Origin: Podarcis melisellensis
Lineage: Eukaryota
Strand: one strand, 5' to 3'
Assembly (NCBI GenBank): GCA_964234715.1
Contig: OZ174279.1
Length of the DNA stretch: 64,000 nucleotides
Position 1 is the stretch's first letter. Each line of letters starts with the position of its first letter. Positions 1 through 11,050 of the stretch are shown here, in pieces. The notes under the pieces are model-generated. The model worked only from the letters and a program-made list of their open reading frames with translations, ran no database searches and was not told the DNA's origin. The position numbers and the translations under genes are program-made.

Positions 1-271
1 TAGCTTCGTTTCTAGATTTACCACCATTTCTGAGCACTAAGTTTCTTTGCATGTACTGGGCCCATTGATTTAAATGGGGATGGTAAGCATGTGCTCACCC
101 TCGGTTTGTAGGAAATAAAAAATGGACCAAAAGCAGGTAATAGTTAACAGCAGTTTACTTTTGGCTTCTATGAAGTATTCATTACCAAAGCACAAATTCA
201 ATTTCACTTATTCAATTTCAGATGCATCAGTTTTTGTTGTGATTATTTTATTGGATAATATACTGCTTAAT

Positions 272-523
272 CCCCTGCCAGTTCGAAATCCACCTAGCAG
301 TTCGAAAGCACGTCAGAGTGCAAGTAGATAAATAGGTACCGCTCTGGCAGGAAGGTAAACGGCATTTCTGTGTGCTGCTCTGGTTCGCCAGAAGTGGCTT
401 AATCATGCCGGCCACGTGACTCGGAAGCTGTACGCTGGCTCCCTCGGCCAATAAAGCAAGATGAGCGCCGCAACCCCAGAGTCAGTCACGACTGGACCTA
501 ATGGTAAGGGGTCCCTTTACCTT
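272..523 (+). mobile_element. Sauria SINE, 5'-truncated
   Basis: Body CCTAGCAGTTCGAAAGCAC...GTGCAAGTAGATAAATAGGTACCGC and tail GGGGTCCCTTTACCTTTA. Perfect 13-bp TSD TATACTGCTTAAT at 259-271 and 524-536. Confidence 0.92.
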
Positions 524-854
524 TATACTGCTTAATGGCCAAGCGGGCTACTAAGTGGCTTACAAATTATAAAAGCCAAATACACAAATACCAATTTAAA
601 AACAAGATTAAAATACACAACAAAGCAGTATCATAAAAAAGAAGATCCGGGTCACGGGATCAGGAAAATGCTTTTGTAAACAGATGCATCTTCAAGAGCC
701 AGTGGAATGTCAGTATAGGTGGCCTCTGTATTTTGCCTTTCTTCCAATGCATTTGGAGCAGGGTTTTAAACACACAGCAATTAAAAAACACCCCACACAG
801 GCACTTGGTTAAGGTTTGTACCTGGGTTTTGCACCTGTAGATCCGCTCCAGATC

Positions 855-975
855 CACCTTTCCCAACTTGGTACCCTCCTGGTGTTCGGAACTACAGTTT
901 CAGTACCATGCTGGCAGTGGCCGATAGGAGCTGTAATCTAAAACAGCTGGAGGGTACCAGGTTGGAGGAGACTGG
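855..975. mobile_element. Degenerate palindromic hAT-type MITE
   Basis: Inverted arms CCAACTTGGTACCCTCC ... GGAGGGTACCAGGTTGG with ACTACA/TGTAAT inner motifs; same family as 6904-7036. Confidence 0.6.
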
Positions 976-1588
976 GTTAGCTACTGCATCCCCTGACTTG
1001 AGCACCACATTGCCATCTGCTCGCAACCTTGTAGCTGGGAATGCAAGTGCAGGCAGGGCTTTCACAGTGTTATCTACAGAACAGCGTGCAATTTCATATC
1101 GTTTCTTTCCATAGCCAGCAAGGGACTTGGTTGTGCATGTAGTCTGCTGGATCCAAGCCATTATATGTAATTAAATGTGGGAAACATATTGAGAGACTGC
1201 TGTGCACTGTTGACAACATTGGAAAAATTCTGTGACTGTTGCTAGTTATGGTTTTATTACTGTAACAAATCAGTAAATGTGATGCTTCTTGTACGTTGTT
1301 GGGGAAAATAATGCACCCTGTCTGTTAACTATTAAAATTATTAATTATCTGATGCCAGCTGATGGTAGATATGAGAACAAGCTCTAGGTATACTATTTGT
1401 TTTATGATACGACAAATCCTAGGATTCTGATTCACAATTTTCCTCCCGCCTTGGGATTAAACTGTTTCCATTAAATTAGTTGTGCCACTTTGGTACCTTT
1501 CAATGTGAACGGCAGATTTATGTGCCTTGTTTGTTATTTTTATGAAGTTCTATGAAGCTTTTTATCCTTTGGGATCTTATTTTTTCAG

Positions 1589-1684
1589 AAACCGGTATGC
1601 CAAAGCCTAGTAGAAGGAAGAGGAATAAAATGTTAAAGATTGGACATGGTGGGATTCTGGATAGCAGTGCTGCAGGAGTGCTAG
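1589..1684 (+). CDS. TRUB1: TRUB1 coding exon (human exon 2 equivalent); contains the catalytic Asp motif
   Basis: TTTTTCAG acceptor and GTAACC donor; 96 nt, phase 1-1. Encodes (E)TGMPKPSRRKRNKMLKIGHGGILDSSAAGVL, the TruB HxGxLD motif. Confidence 0.95.
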
Positions 1685-2583
1685 GTAACCTGCATATTAG
1701 CAGTCATTTATTTATTTGCAGTGTCCCTAGAGAACTCTCTCCCATTGAAGATAACTTGTCTGCCACATTAGCAGCTTTCCCATGTGAAATGTAGATGTAC
1801 TTTTTCTTCAGTCCTGTGCAGATGGCTGGTTTAAATAACTGGTTCCTCTGCTCCTGGACTGCCATTTTATGATGTCCATTGATTTTATGGTTTTTATGTT
1901 ATATTTTCTGAGGTTCTGCCATCATACTAAGCTAGTCCAGCTGTGGTTTGTTTACCTGTTCACTCCAAAGCAGAAGTGCTTGGACTGAGTACACCAGCCT
2001 GCAGCTTGTGCCCAGTACAAAAGCATACTTTAAAGCCTAGCATTACATGTGAAGCCAGCTTTTAAGTTCCCAAGGTGGGTTGCAACATTATGCAACATTA
2101 AAAACAGTTTAAAACAACAATAATAGAAATAAAGCAGGTCCTTTTTCTGTTATTGTAAACTGGGCAAATAAGCTGAATTACCGTATTTTGTCTTTGCTGG
2201 CATTCCTTTTTTAAGCCACTGACGTTGGAGAAATGAGTACTGCTTGCTCAGTCATAAACACTGCAGACCCTTTAATATAGCTCGGAAGGACCCCAATGTA
2301 GATTGATGGTCCTTTTAGTAATACATTGCACTTATGTGCATTGCTTCTCGACGCACCATACCCCAACCACCCTGACATACTGGAAAAATGAAAAGCACCA
2401 GAATATTTTTTCCCCTCCTAAAATTTCTTCTGTCATCGTTTTCAATCAATTGACCCTGTTAATGGAAAGTGTCAGAATTGCGTGAAATAATATTTGTTAC
2501 TGGCATGATGTTTTACAGACAGCAGTAGTGAATACAGAGGTGACAGGGGCAGTTGTTGAAGTAATGTTTCTCTTTGTTAACAG

Positions 2584-2639
2584 TGGTTGGCATTGGAAAA
2601 GGAACTAAAATGCTGAGCAGCTTGCTGGCAGGTTCTAAG
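2584..2639 (+). CDS. TRUB1: TRUB1 coding exon (exon 3 equivalent)
   Basis: TTAACAG acceptor and GTAAGG donor; 56 nt, phase 1-0. Encodes (V)VGIGKGTKMLSSLLAGSK. Confidence 0.95.
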
Positions 2640-5407
2640 GTAAGGAAAAATGGGGTACTTCATGTTTTTTGTATGTTTTCCACCTTCAGTAAATGAACTA
2701 ACTATGAATAGGGAACTGAGGGCAGGCACTCTTTTCAGATAGCAAAGACTGGGAATCACACTGATCTTCAAATTGCTTTGACAAAACAAGTCTGTCTAAA
2801 AGAAGGGAGGCCTTGAGGCTTAACCTACATTGGAATCCTGGCTGTGCACATTCTAGGTTAATTCTTTAAAGGTTAATGCTTTATCGGCTTCCTTGGCTTG
2901 GATCCTAATATAACTTAAGGAAGTTCACAGTGGAAAAGTCTCCTGTCACTTCCTTCCCTTCTGCACCACTCCATGCTCCATTCCATGCTGTTTGTGATGC
3001 TCCCCCAACCTTCTGAGATGTTTTTTAGGGAAAGGAGAAGACATGAAACTGCTTCCATTAACTTATTTTAAGTCAAAATATCTGATAGGAAGCCCATAAG
3101 AAAAGGCAGCAACAGAGGTTGTTCCACTAGGGTGGATTGCGGCACTGCCCCACTAACGTCAACCGGCCATTAGCCAGCCTCCCCCCAGCTTAATTTCTCA
3201 CTTGCATTCAGTCCAGGGGGAGCAGTGTCTTATCGACTTCTCCTTTCTTAGCCTCGGTGTTGCCCTTGTAGAACGGAGCAGGGAGGAGGATGGGGCAAAA
3301 CTGGAATGAGTTGGCCCTGCCTTTCATTGGTTCTGACTCTGCCTCCTGTTGACCTTGCTGACTTCCACCCTGCCAACCCCAGTAGACACTAGGCACCACT
3401 TCTTGAGTGGAATTCTGTATGTAGCTGATGATCTGTGGTATGGAGGCTTTTCAGCTTCGTATTCACTGTTGGCAGTAGCCATAAACTTGCAGGGTGCAGA
3501 AGTAGTGCAATTAATGTGCATAATGTGTCAAGGGAGGAAAAGCATAACATAATGTAATCTGCATGAACACGCTGGACGCAGCTGGAGGACATGTTACACT
3601 TCCTCTTTGATACAGCATATGAAATTTCTGGTGTGAGATTAGAAATGGCAGTTCCTTGGTTGTTTTGGAAATTATGCTTGGTTAATTGAGATCTCAATTT
3701 ATACACACTGGTGAGTTTTAATACTTACCCGCAAAATATATGTACTGACAAAAGAGAGAGCTTAGTCCTCCAGGGCTCAAGAAATAAAATTAGAACTTGA
3801 TGATCATTGGAGGTTGTATCCCACATACTGCTAAGTGAAAGAGAATTAGCACTGAACTTGTTTCACTAGAGGGTCATCTTGTGAAAGAGGTTCCACAACC
3901 AGATAGCTTTGTATATAGAGAGGATAGGAGCATAAAAAGGTAGTTTAATGAGACTTCAAACTCGCACAAGCTCTTGCACAATGGCTCCATCAGTGCTTTT
4001 GCTGTGTTGGATTCATCTGCCCAGCATGGAGAAATGGACCTGTTCAAGCACAGGGCTTGCTGAATGACAGTGTTGAATGCAACAGCTCAGCTTCAAAAGT
4101 GAAGCAAAGAGCCGCTTAACTTTGAACTCCTACACTATCATCTTGCACAGATCTGCTTGGAAGTAAGTGGATGATGTTGGGTGTTTCAGCCCTAAAGGTG
4201 ATCTGTTTATTAAAATTCACCTTTGTTGAAGCTGGCTAGTAAATATGCTTTCTGGCTCTGGAGAGGAGGTGCAAATAGTTGTTAAGGTGCTTTAATTGCT
4301 GCTGAATAGTTTGAAACGCTCTTAGCTTCCATGTCCCAAATTTATTATCCCAGCACACCTGTTTACCTATTTTTCTGGTGTGGCCCTATATTCTTTGACA
4401 ACAGAGATACCTCATATCTGGCAAAGCTAGCTGTTGTCAGTGTTAGCTATGACTAGATACAGTGGTGCAGACTTCTGCTACTTCATACCATCTGTGTGGA
4501 TTCATTTGATTGCATTGTGCATTATCCAGTTGTGGCTTCTTCCATCTAACAGTAGTTCTACTTCCCTCAAGTAGGTCAGATGAGAGTGATTTCACTTTCC
4601 CCTGGGAATGAGAGGCTCAGTGTGAGTAATCTGTACTGTGATCTCCAATGCACTAACTAGTTGAAAATCCGCTCTTTTAAAATGGGCTCTCCTAGGCTAG
4701 CTGTTTTTTATCTGAATCCCCAGGAGCTTCACTGACTTGCAGAAGATTAGAATTGACTCCCCTGCATTAATTGCAGCTTCTTGTTTAAGCGATAGGTGAA
4801 TGAGCGTTTGATCTCAAAGGTTGTCATCTCTCCAGAGAGAACCGTTATCAAAATGTCACCCGGATAACATCAAATCCAGGCTTCCAGTGGCCTCAGAGGT
4901 TAGGGAGGAAAAAGATGAACAGAACAGGGGGTTTACTGAGCTTGCCATGGTCTTGAACAACTCAGATATTTTTTAATAGTCAGTTGAATTTCCCAGGGAT
5001 CCCCAAATGGGTAATGGAAGCCGCTTTAATTAGTTGTCTGAAATGGAACTGTTCTGTTTTACTCTGACACAAGCTTGCTGTCAGAGGGGCTTGAGGAACA
5101 TAATGGCTAATTTCCCTCTAGACTGAGACTATTGCTGGCTTATAGGTTTCTTGTGGTGTCCTTCCCTGGTTGCTTTTTTCCCTTTGCCTTTTTTAAAAGC
5201 AGAATTCACCTAACACCCCTTGACAGGTAGTGCATGCATTTTGTACTCAGGTACACAGAAAGATTAGAATTAATCCAAAGGTCAAAGAGCTATTTTTCAC
5301 AAGACATTTAAACCGGTGTGGCAAAATCAGCTTGGATGCTGCATGGAAGTAGAGACTTAAACGATGAGCAACTTTCTGGTTGGCAATCTTGACTTGGTAT
5401 GAAAAAC

Positions 5408-6050
5408 AGAATCATAGAATTGTAGAGTTGGAAAGGGTCCAGAGGGTCATCTAGTCCAGCTCCTGCAATGCAGGAATATCAGCTAAAGATCCACCACAGA
5501 TTGCCATTCAACCTCTGCTTAAAGAACTCCAATGAAGGAGAGTCCACTACCTTCCAAGGGAGTCCATTCCACTGTCAAACAGATCTTACCATAATAAAGT
5601 TCTTCCTGATGTTTAGCCAGAATCTCCTTTATAGTAACTTGAATCCATTGCTTTGCGTCCTAGCCTCCAGAGCAGGAGAAAGCAAGCTTGCTGCATCACA
5701 TTGTTGACTCATGTGTAGCTTATGGTCCACCAAGACCCCTGGATCCTTTTCACATATACAGTCATTCTCTTGTTATGTTTGCTTCATTTTATGTTTTTTC
5801 AGGTTGCGTCCTGCGGCGACCCAGAAGTACCAGAAAGGGTTACTTCCGGGTTTCGTCGCTCGTGCATTCACAGACGCACAAAATGGCGTAACGCGCATGC
5901 ACAGACACGGCGAATTGCAACCCACGCGTGTGCAGACACGGATTGCGTTCCTTTCATGTTGCAAACGGGCCTCCAGAACGGATCCTGTTCACAGCCAGAG
6001 GTACCACTGTACTGCTGGCAAGCCAGGTGTCCCCCATATTATATTTGTGA
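5408..6050 (-). mobile_element. CR1 LINE 3' fragment, interrupted by the MITE at 5759-6009
   Basis: Reverse-complement CR1 terminus AGAATCATAGAATTGTAGAGTTGGAA...GGTCATCTAGTCCA. CR1-like sequence continues across the MITE (...GGATCCTTTTCACATA | CTGCTGGCAAGCCAGGTGTCCCCCAT). Confidence 0.82.
5759..6009. mobile_element. Tc1/mariner (pogo/Tigger-like) MITE, copy 1
   Basis: TA|CAGTCATTCTC ... GAGGTACCACTG|TA: imperfect TIRs with TA duplication; homologous to 6189-6436 and 25704-25961. Confidence 0.82.
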
Positions 6051-6188
6051 AGTATTAACTCATTCTCAGGTGTGTACTGTACAGCTGAAGCAATACTGAA
6101 AGTCTGTGGAATCTCTTTGTTAAACTCCTGAAAATAATCATTGATGTGTGGAAGACAAGCATTGTAAGCATGGCTTAGAAAAAGTATA

Positions 6189-6436
6189 CAGTCATACCTC
6201 AAGTTGAATGTGCTTCGAGTTGAGCGTGTTTGAGTTGCGCTCTGCGGCAACCCGGAAGTAACGGAGCACGTTACTTCCGGGTTTCGCAGCTCGCGCATGT
6301 GCAGACGCTCAAAATGACGGCATGCGCAGAAGCGGCGAAACACAACCCGCGCAGACGCGCTGTCGCGTCTTGCGTTCCATTCGGGTTGCGAACGGGGCTC
6401 CGGAACGGATCCCGTTCGCATCCCAAGGTACCACTG
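6189..6436. mobile_element. Tc1/mariner (pogo/Tigger-like) MITE, copy 2
   Basis: TA|CAGTCATACCTC ... AAGGTACCACTG|TA. CpG-rich, with a perfect internal 15-bp hairpin stem at 6249-6283. Confidence 0.85.
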
Positions 6437-6903
6437 TAATGAATGTCTGATGTTTTTAAATTTTCTTTTTGTTTCCTATTCCATTTAGGGAATTTAGTAT
6501 CTGGAACAGGGGTGGGGAACCAGTGGTCAGTCCTTCAGATGTTGTTAAACTTCAACTCACATAAGTCCTAAATGGCATGGCCAACAGTGAAGGCTCCTCT
6601 TTGGAGCAAAGTGGAATACTGTATAGCCCATCTAAGATTCTGAGCCCCCCAGACCTCGAAATCTATTGTCTAGGCTTTCTCCTGTCACCCACAGTCATTA
6701 TTAACATATTTCCACTGACTGAGAGGCTTCCTAGATGCTTCTGCCCACCTCATCTGTCTAGCCAGTCAAAATAATTACTACCAGCAAGTCCTGCCTCTGA
6801 CTTCACAACTCTCTCCCATAGAATGCCCTGAGTCGGGCAGTGGATTCTGTGGGTGTAGATTGCCCTTCTAAACCAAGGTTAGAGACGTTTCAGTTTAGTT
6901 AGC

Positions 6904-7036
6904 CAATGTTTCTCAAACTTGGGTCTCCAGTTTCTGTTAGACTACATCTCCCATCATCCCTGACAGCTGGTCCTGCTACCTATGGATGATGGGAATTGCA
7001 GTACAATAGCTGGGGACCCAGCATTGAAAAACACTG
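6904..7036. mobile_element. Palindromic hAT (Charlie-like) MITE
   Basis: CAATGTTTCTCAAACTTGGGTCTCCAG ... CTGGGGACCCAGCATTGAAAAACACTG; inner inverted TCCCATCATCC/GGATGATGGGA; imperfect 8-bp TSD AGTTAGCC/AGTTAGGC. Further decayed copies near 6505, 17500, 28945, 36355, 37345, 52850, 56220, 56940 and 59260. Confidence 0.75.
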
Positions 7037-9021
7037 AGTTAGGCACTAAGTTCTTATACAATTGCAATTCTTTTGTGTCCATGCCTTTGCAGGGGGGAGA
7101 ATGGGAAGAAAACCAGAACATGTTCCCACCCATGTTACCTTATTGGCCCTGCCTACATAACCTTGGCTGCCCCCACCAGGTGCAGGGGCTATCAGCCACC
7201 ACTAATGACCATCTGGAGAGGCACAGGTTCCTCACTCCTGATCTAGAGCTATGGGAGCCTGTAGCTCAGTAGACAGGTTTGTGTGTCTCCCACAAGACCT
7301 TCAGGAAATAGATCCATGCTTATGAAATAGGATTACTATGGAAGGGTACACTTCTATAATGTCTGTTGTATATTGAATGGGAGTAACTGGTAAGAGTTAC
7401 TAATGCATTTGATGGCTTCCTCTAAAAAAACATTATGTTGCTTTCAGTAATTGCTAGCTTTTGGTATTCTTCTGGACACAGTGCATATGCAGGGATGTTC
7501 ACTTTTGCTAACCATTCTTAACACAATCAGCTATTTGTTCTAATGGAAATGCTAATTGATGGCAAAGATGTATATTTTAGAAAGAGGCAGTTTTACTGAT
7601 GCTTGGGCAAAGCAGTCTTTCCTGGAACCCATTAAGCACCTGTAGTGTGCAAGTAATTATTGTAAATGATGATAAACAATTTCAAATTAGATCTGAGTTT
7701 GCATGAATGTATTTAAATAAGTCTGCAGAATAGCTTTGCTAAACAAATTAAGATTTAAGGATACTTTATCTGGGTGACTAGCTGCTCTGTGGTATGTAAA
7801 GCTGAATTAGCCTTTCTCCCCCTCCTTATTGCACTCAGTGCTCTATTTTCAGGCTTGTTCAGCTGATGGTTAAATCTTCCCATAAGGAGTGAGATTTATG
7901 ATCATGCTGCCTGCTGATAGTCTTTTACAAATGACAGCAGCTGACAGAGAGTTGTTTCTGTAGTGTTAGTTTGGTGATGGTTCAATTTGTTCATACAAGT
8001 CATTGTCCACTGTTGCAGTCCTCAAGGAATAATACACATGCATATGTGCACAAATCATGAAAGTACCATTATCCATTGGTTATCTAGGAGGAATACTGAT
8101 GCTATGACTTACAAACAAAAAGCATTCAGGCTGCAAACCCATACACATTTTCCTTGGAATAAGCACCATAAACAAACACTGAGACATAATTCTGAATAAA
8201 CATGGATAGCTACTTGTCAAGCTACTTTTATTGGTGCTGCTAAGATAAAGCAAACTGGAATCACTTTCATGTTGCCAGCTCATTGTAGGCACAGGCATCA
8301 AATGGGAACAGGCTTCTGGGTTTGGAAAGATTGGTTCTGGAAAACCTGGAATTTTGTATAGCAGGTGTAGGGTGATACAAGAACTGTGAAGATCCCCCAT
8401 GGTCCACTGATGTTTTCAAAGCAAGGAGCAGCTAATATGCATTAAGTGAATGTTCATGCTTGCTTAAAAATGTATGACATGCTCTGCTGAATCACATCAA
8501 ATTCTACGTAGACCAGCATCCTTTGCAAAATACATGGCACTAAGTGGTCCACCAGAAGTTGGCCAATGGTCTATTCATGGACCGCAACCTATTTTGACTC
8601 TGCTTTGGAGTCACGAAGCTTTCGTACATGTAAGGTTTCAAAAGCTATAGAACACATAATTGCCACAGAAATACCTCCAAAAAACATCCTTCCTATAGCA
8701 ATTCATTTTTTGCTCTGTCAATAGTGTTGAGAGATTTGGAATGCACATCCTTCACTAAACGTATTTTCATTCACTGGAAGGGCAAGATACAAATTTACTA
8801 AACAGATTAACAGAGGATCTGTTAACACAGAGAAAGAAAGACACCATGCAGATGCAATAGCAAACCATAGTTTTCTCTTACCCGTACAAACGGTAGCAAA
8901 CTTTGAGTTTGTGTATGTGAAGAGAGTACATGAAGACAGTAGATTAGAATATTTCCACATTAGGGTAGCAAACCATGGTTTGTTGCATCTCAATGTAGTT
9001 TTGGTAGAATGAATTCTTGGC

Positions 9022-9410
9022 ATTCATCTGTCTTGAGAGACAATGGAGTGCACTTCCAGGAGTGAAGTCAAACCCTTGCGTTAGCAGCACTGAAGTGACC
9101 CCGCTGAGGTGCAAACCTGGGCAGTGTGTATGGAGGTCCTGGGCTGCCCAGAGGACAAGACACCCTTCTCGGCCTCTCTGATGTGGTATGGAAAGAAGAC
9201 CAATATGTTTGCTATCAGCTTGGCTGCTGAAGTTGCCAGAAGAAAATGTACAATATGCCATCCAACCATCTTAGGGACTCCACTCCAAGTCTGTGTAGGG
9301 CTTTACTCCGTAGCTTTTTCTTCTCCTGAGATTTCCTGCAAAGCAGCAGAAGTTTAGGACCAGAGTTTTCCCTCTCCTAGATGGGATACTTTACCAGGTT
9401 GATGAGCCCC
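9022..9410. mobile_element. Probable RTE-clade LINE-related non-coding fragment
   Basis: Recognised only from remembered similarity (CATCTGTCTTGAGAGACAATGGAGTG ... TTCCCTCTCCTAGATGGG...CCAGGTTGATGAGCCCC); no ORF support. Confidence 0.4.
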
Positions 9411-10916
9411 ATTTGCCACTGTCATGGATTATAAACCAAGGAATAAGTGTATTGGATAGATCCAGGTCTAGTTCTCGCACTGTTGCAATTTTAGCATGCT
9501 GTCATTGTGCTAAAAATCTAGTAAGAGTTTATCTGTTTAATAGCATAAATAATAATTAAAACCTTACTAATTGTATAAATTAAAATGTTCAGGTTCATAT
9601 TATTCTCACACAGTTGCTGTGCTAAAGCTTTCCAATGTCCTAAGGATATGAACATCTTGGACCCAGTGCAATTATCTGCAAATTTTCCTGTTAAATATTA
9701 AGGACTCTTGCCTGCCTCACTGGAAGTCAGGTCACCCTGTGAGTTAATCTAGTCACAAAGTAGAGGTGGATATACAGGGTCAAATGATCCAGCTACACTT
9801 GTAGTTCTTCAGCAGTGACAGAACAATTACAGCATCTTGCAGTAAAATAAATTTAGTGCAGTGTTAGTACAAAGTCAGCTTTTTCTCTCCAGAGAAAAAT
9901 TATTCTAGAAGAGAGTTGTAATGTTTCTTGGTATTAAGACATCATGTTGACTATTCGTTAAATTTAAATTTGCTCCATTGTCTATAACCTGCTCTTGGCT
10001 TTAAAGTTTTACTCTTTGGGTTTGACTTGCTGGATGCTTCTGTTTTCATTATCTAATCTTCATTTTTAAAAAAAAAAAAAAAAACTTTAATGGTGTTATT
10101 GAGATGGAATGGTGTTTGTAGTCTCCCTTTTCATATCTTATGTAGAGAGGGGGCTTTGAGTTTGTGTTACAGTATCTTGGATAAGAGAGCAAATGAATAA
10201 TAATATAACACACTTATTATTTAGGAGTAAATTATATTTTTGTGGGATAAATAAATCATCCTGAAATCATATACTTTGTCCATAATCACTTGCTTATGTA
10301 GTGTAGATGGAGGATAATCTAACACCACACGTGAGCTTGTCCTTTTCTGAGAATTTATAGCTATGCTGGATTCCCAAACTCATTGGTTCATCACGAGTTT
10401 AATAACCCTTTGGTTAATTGGTGCTGCTCAGAGATACTTTCTAAGCAGCTGTACTACATAGTCCAGGAAAGCCCCCCTAATATACCTTGCAATGCTGAGA
10501 GGCAACTCTTGGATCTTACTCTCTCTTTTTTTAATCACCAGCATCCCTAAAAATAATGCTGATCCAGGGAACAGTCTGGGTTGCTTTAGCAGTTGGGGGC
10601 AGGTGGTTAATTTTCTCATTAACTGTGACTTAATTGTTACTTGCTAGTGACTGAGATCTTGTGTTCATAAAATCTAAGGTCACACCTGATTATATTCAAT
10701 GCAAGCCAGAGTAAGATTATGGTGGAAGTATGTGAAATTCTGAACCATGGCTAGGTAATCTAATCGCTTTCTGCGCTCTGATTCCGTGATTCATTGCAGG
10801 GGCAGGAACTCTGAGCACATGGAGTTCTTGTGTCTTCAAGGTCTTCCCCATTCACTGATGGTTGCTGTTTTCTTCAAAGAAGCTCAGGGCTTCCTAACTG
10901 AAGGCTATCCGCTTTT

Positions 10917-11050
10917 TTCCTCACAACAACTCCATGGGGTACATTAGGTTCAGTGAGATAGTGATCGGTCCAAGGTTGCCTAGGGAGCTTCACCAGTGAT
11001 TGAGGATTAGCATCCAGGTCCCTAGTTCAAGTTCAGCATACTATCTACTA
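10917..11050 (-). mobile_element. MIR/CORE-like SINE remnant
   Basis: TCCTCACAACAAC...AGTGA...CCAAGGT...GAGCTTCA pattern typical of reversed MIR-like SINEs. Confidence 0.55.

Noticed and set aside
4400-4460. Possible decayed Penelope-associated hammerhead relic (ATCTGGCAAAGCTAGCTG...)
   Set aside because: Both core motifs (CTGANGA and GAAA) are absent; the resemblance is only from memory.
7665-7697. Box C (ATGATGA) and box D (CTGA) in a TRUB1 intron
   Set aside because: The boxes span only ~30 nt, too short for a C/D snoRNA, and there is no convincing terminal stem.
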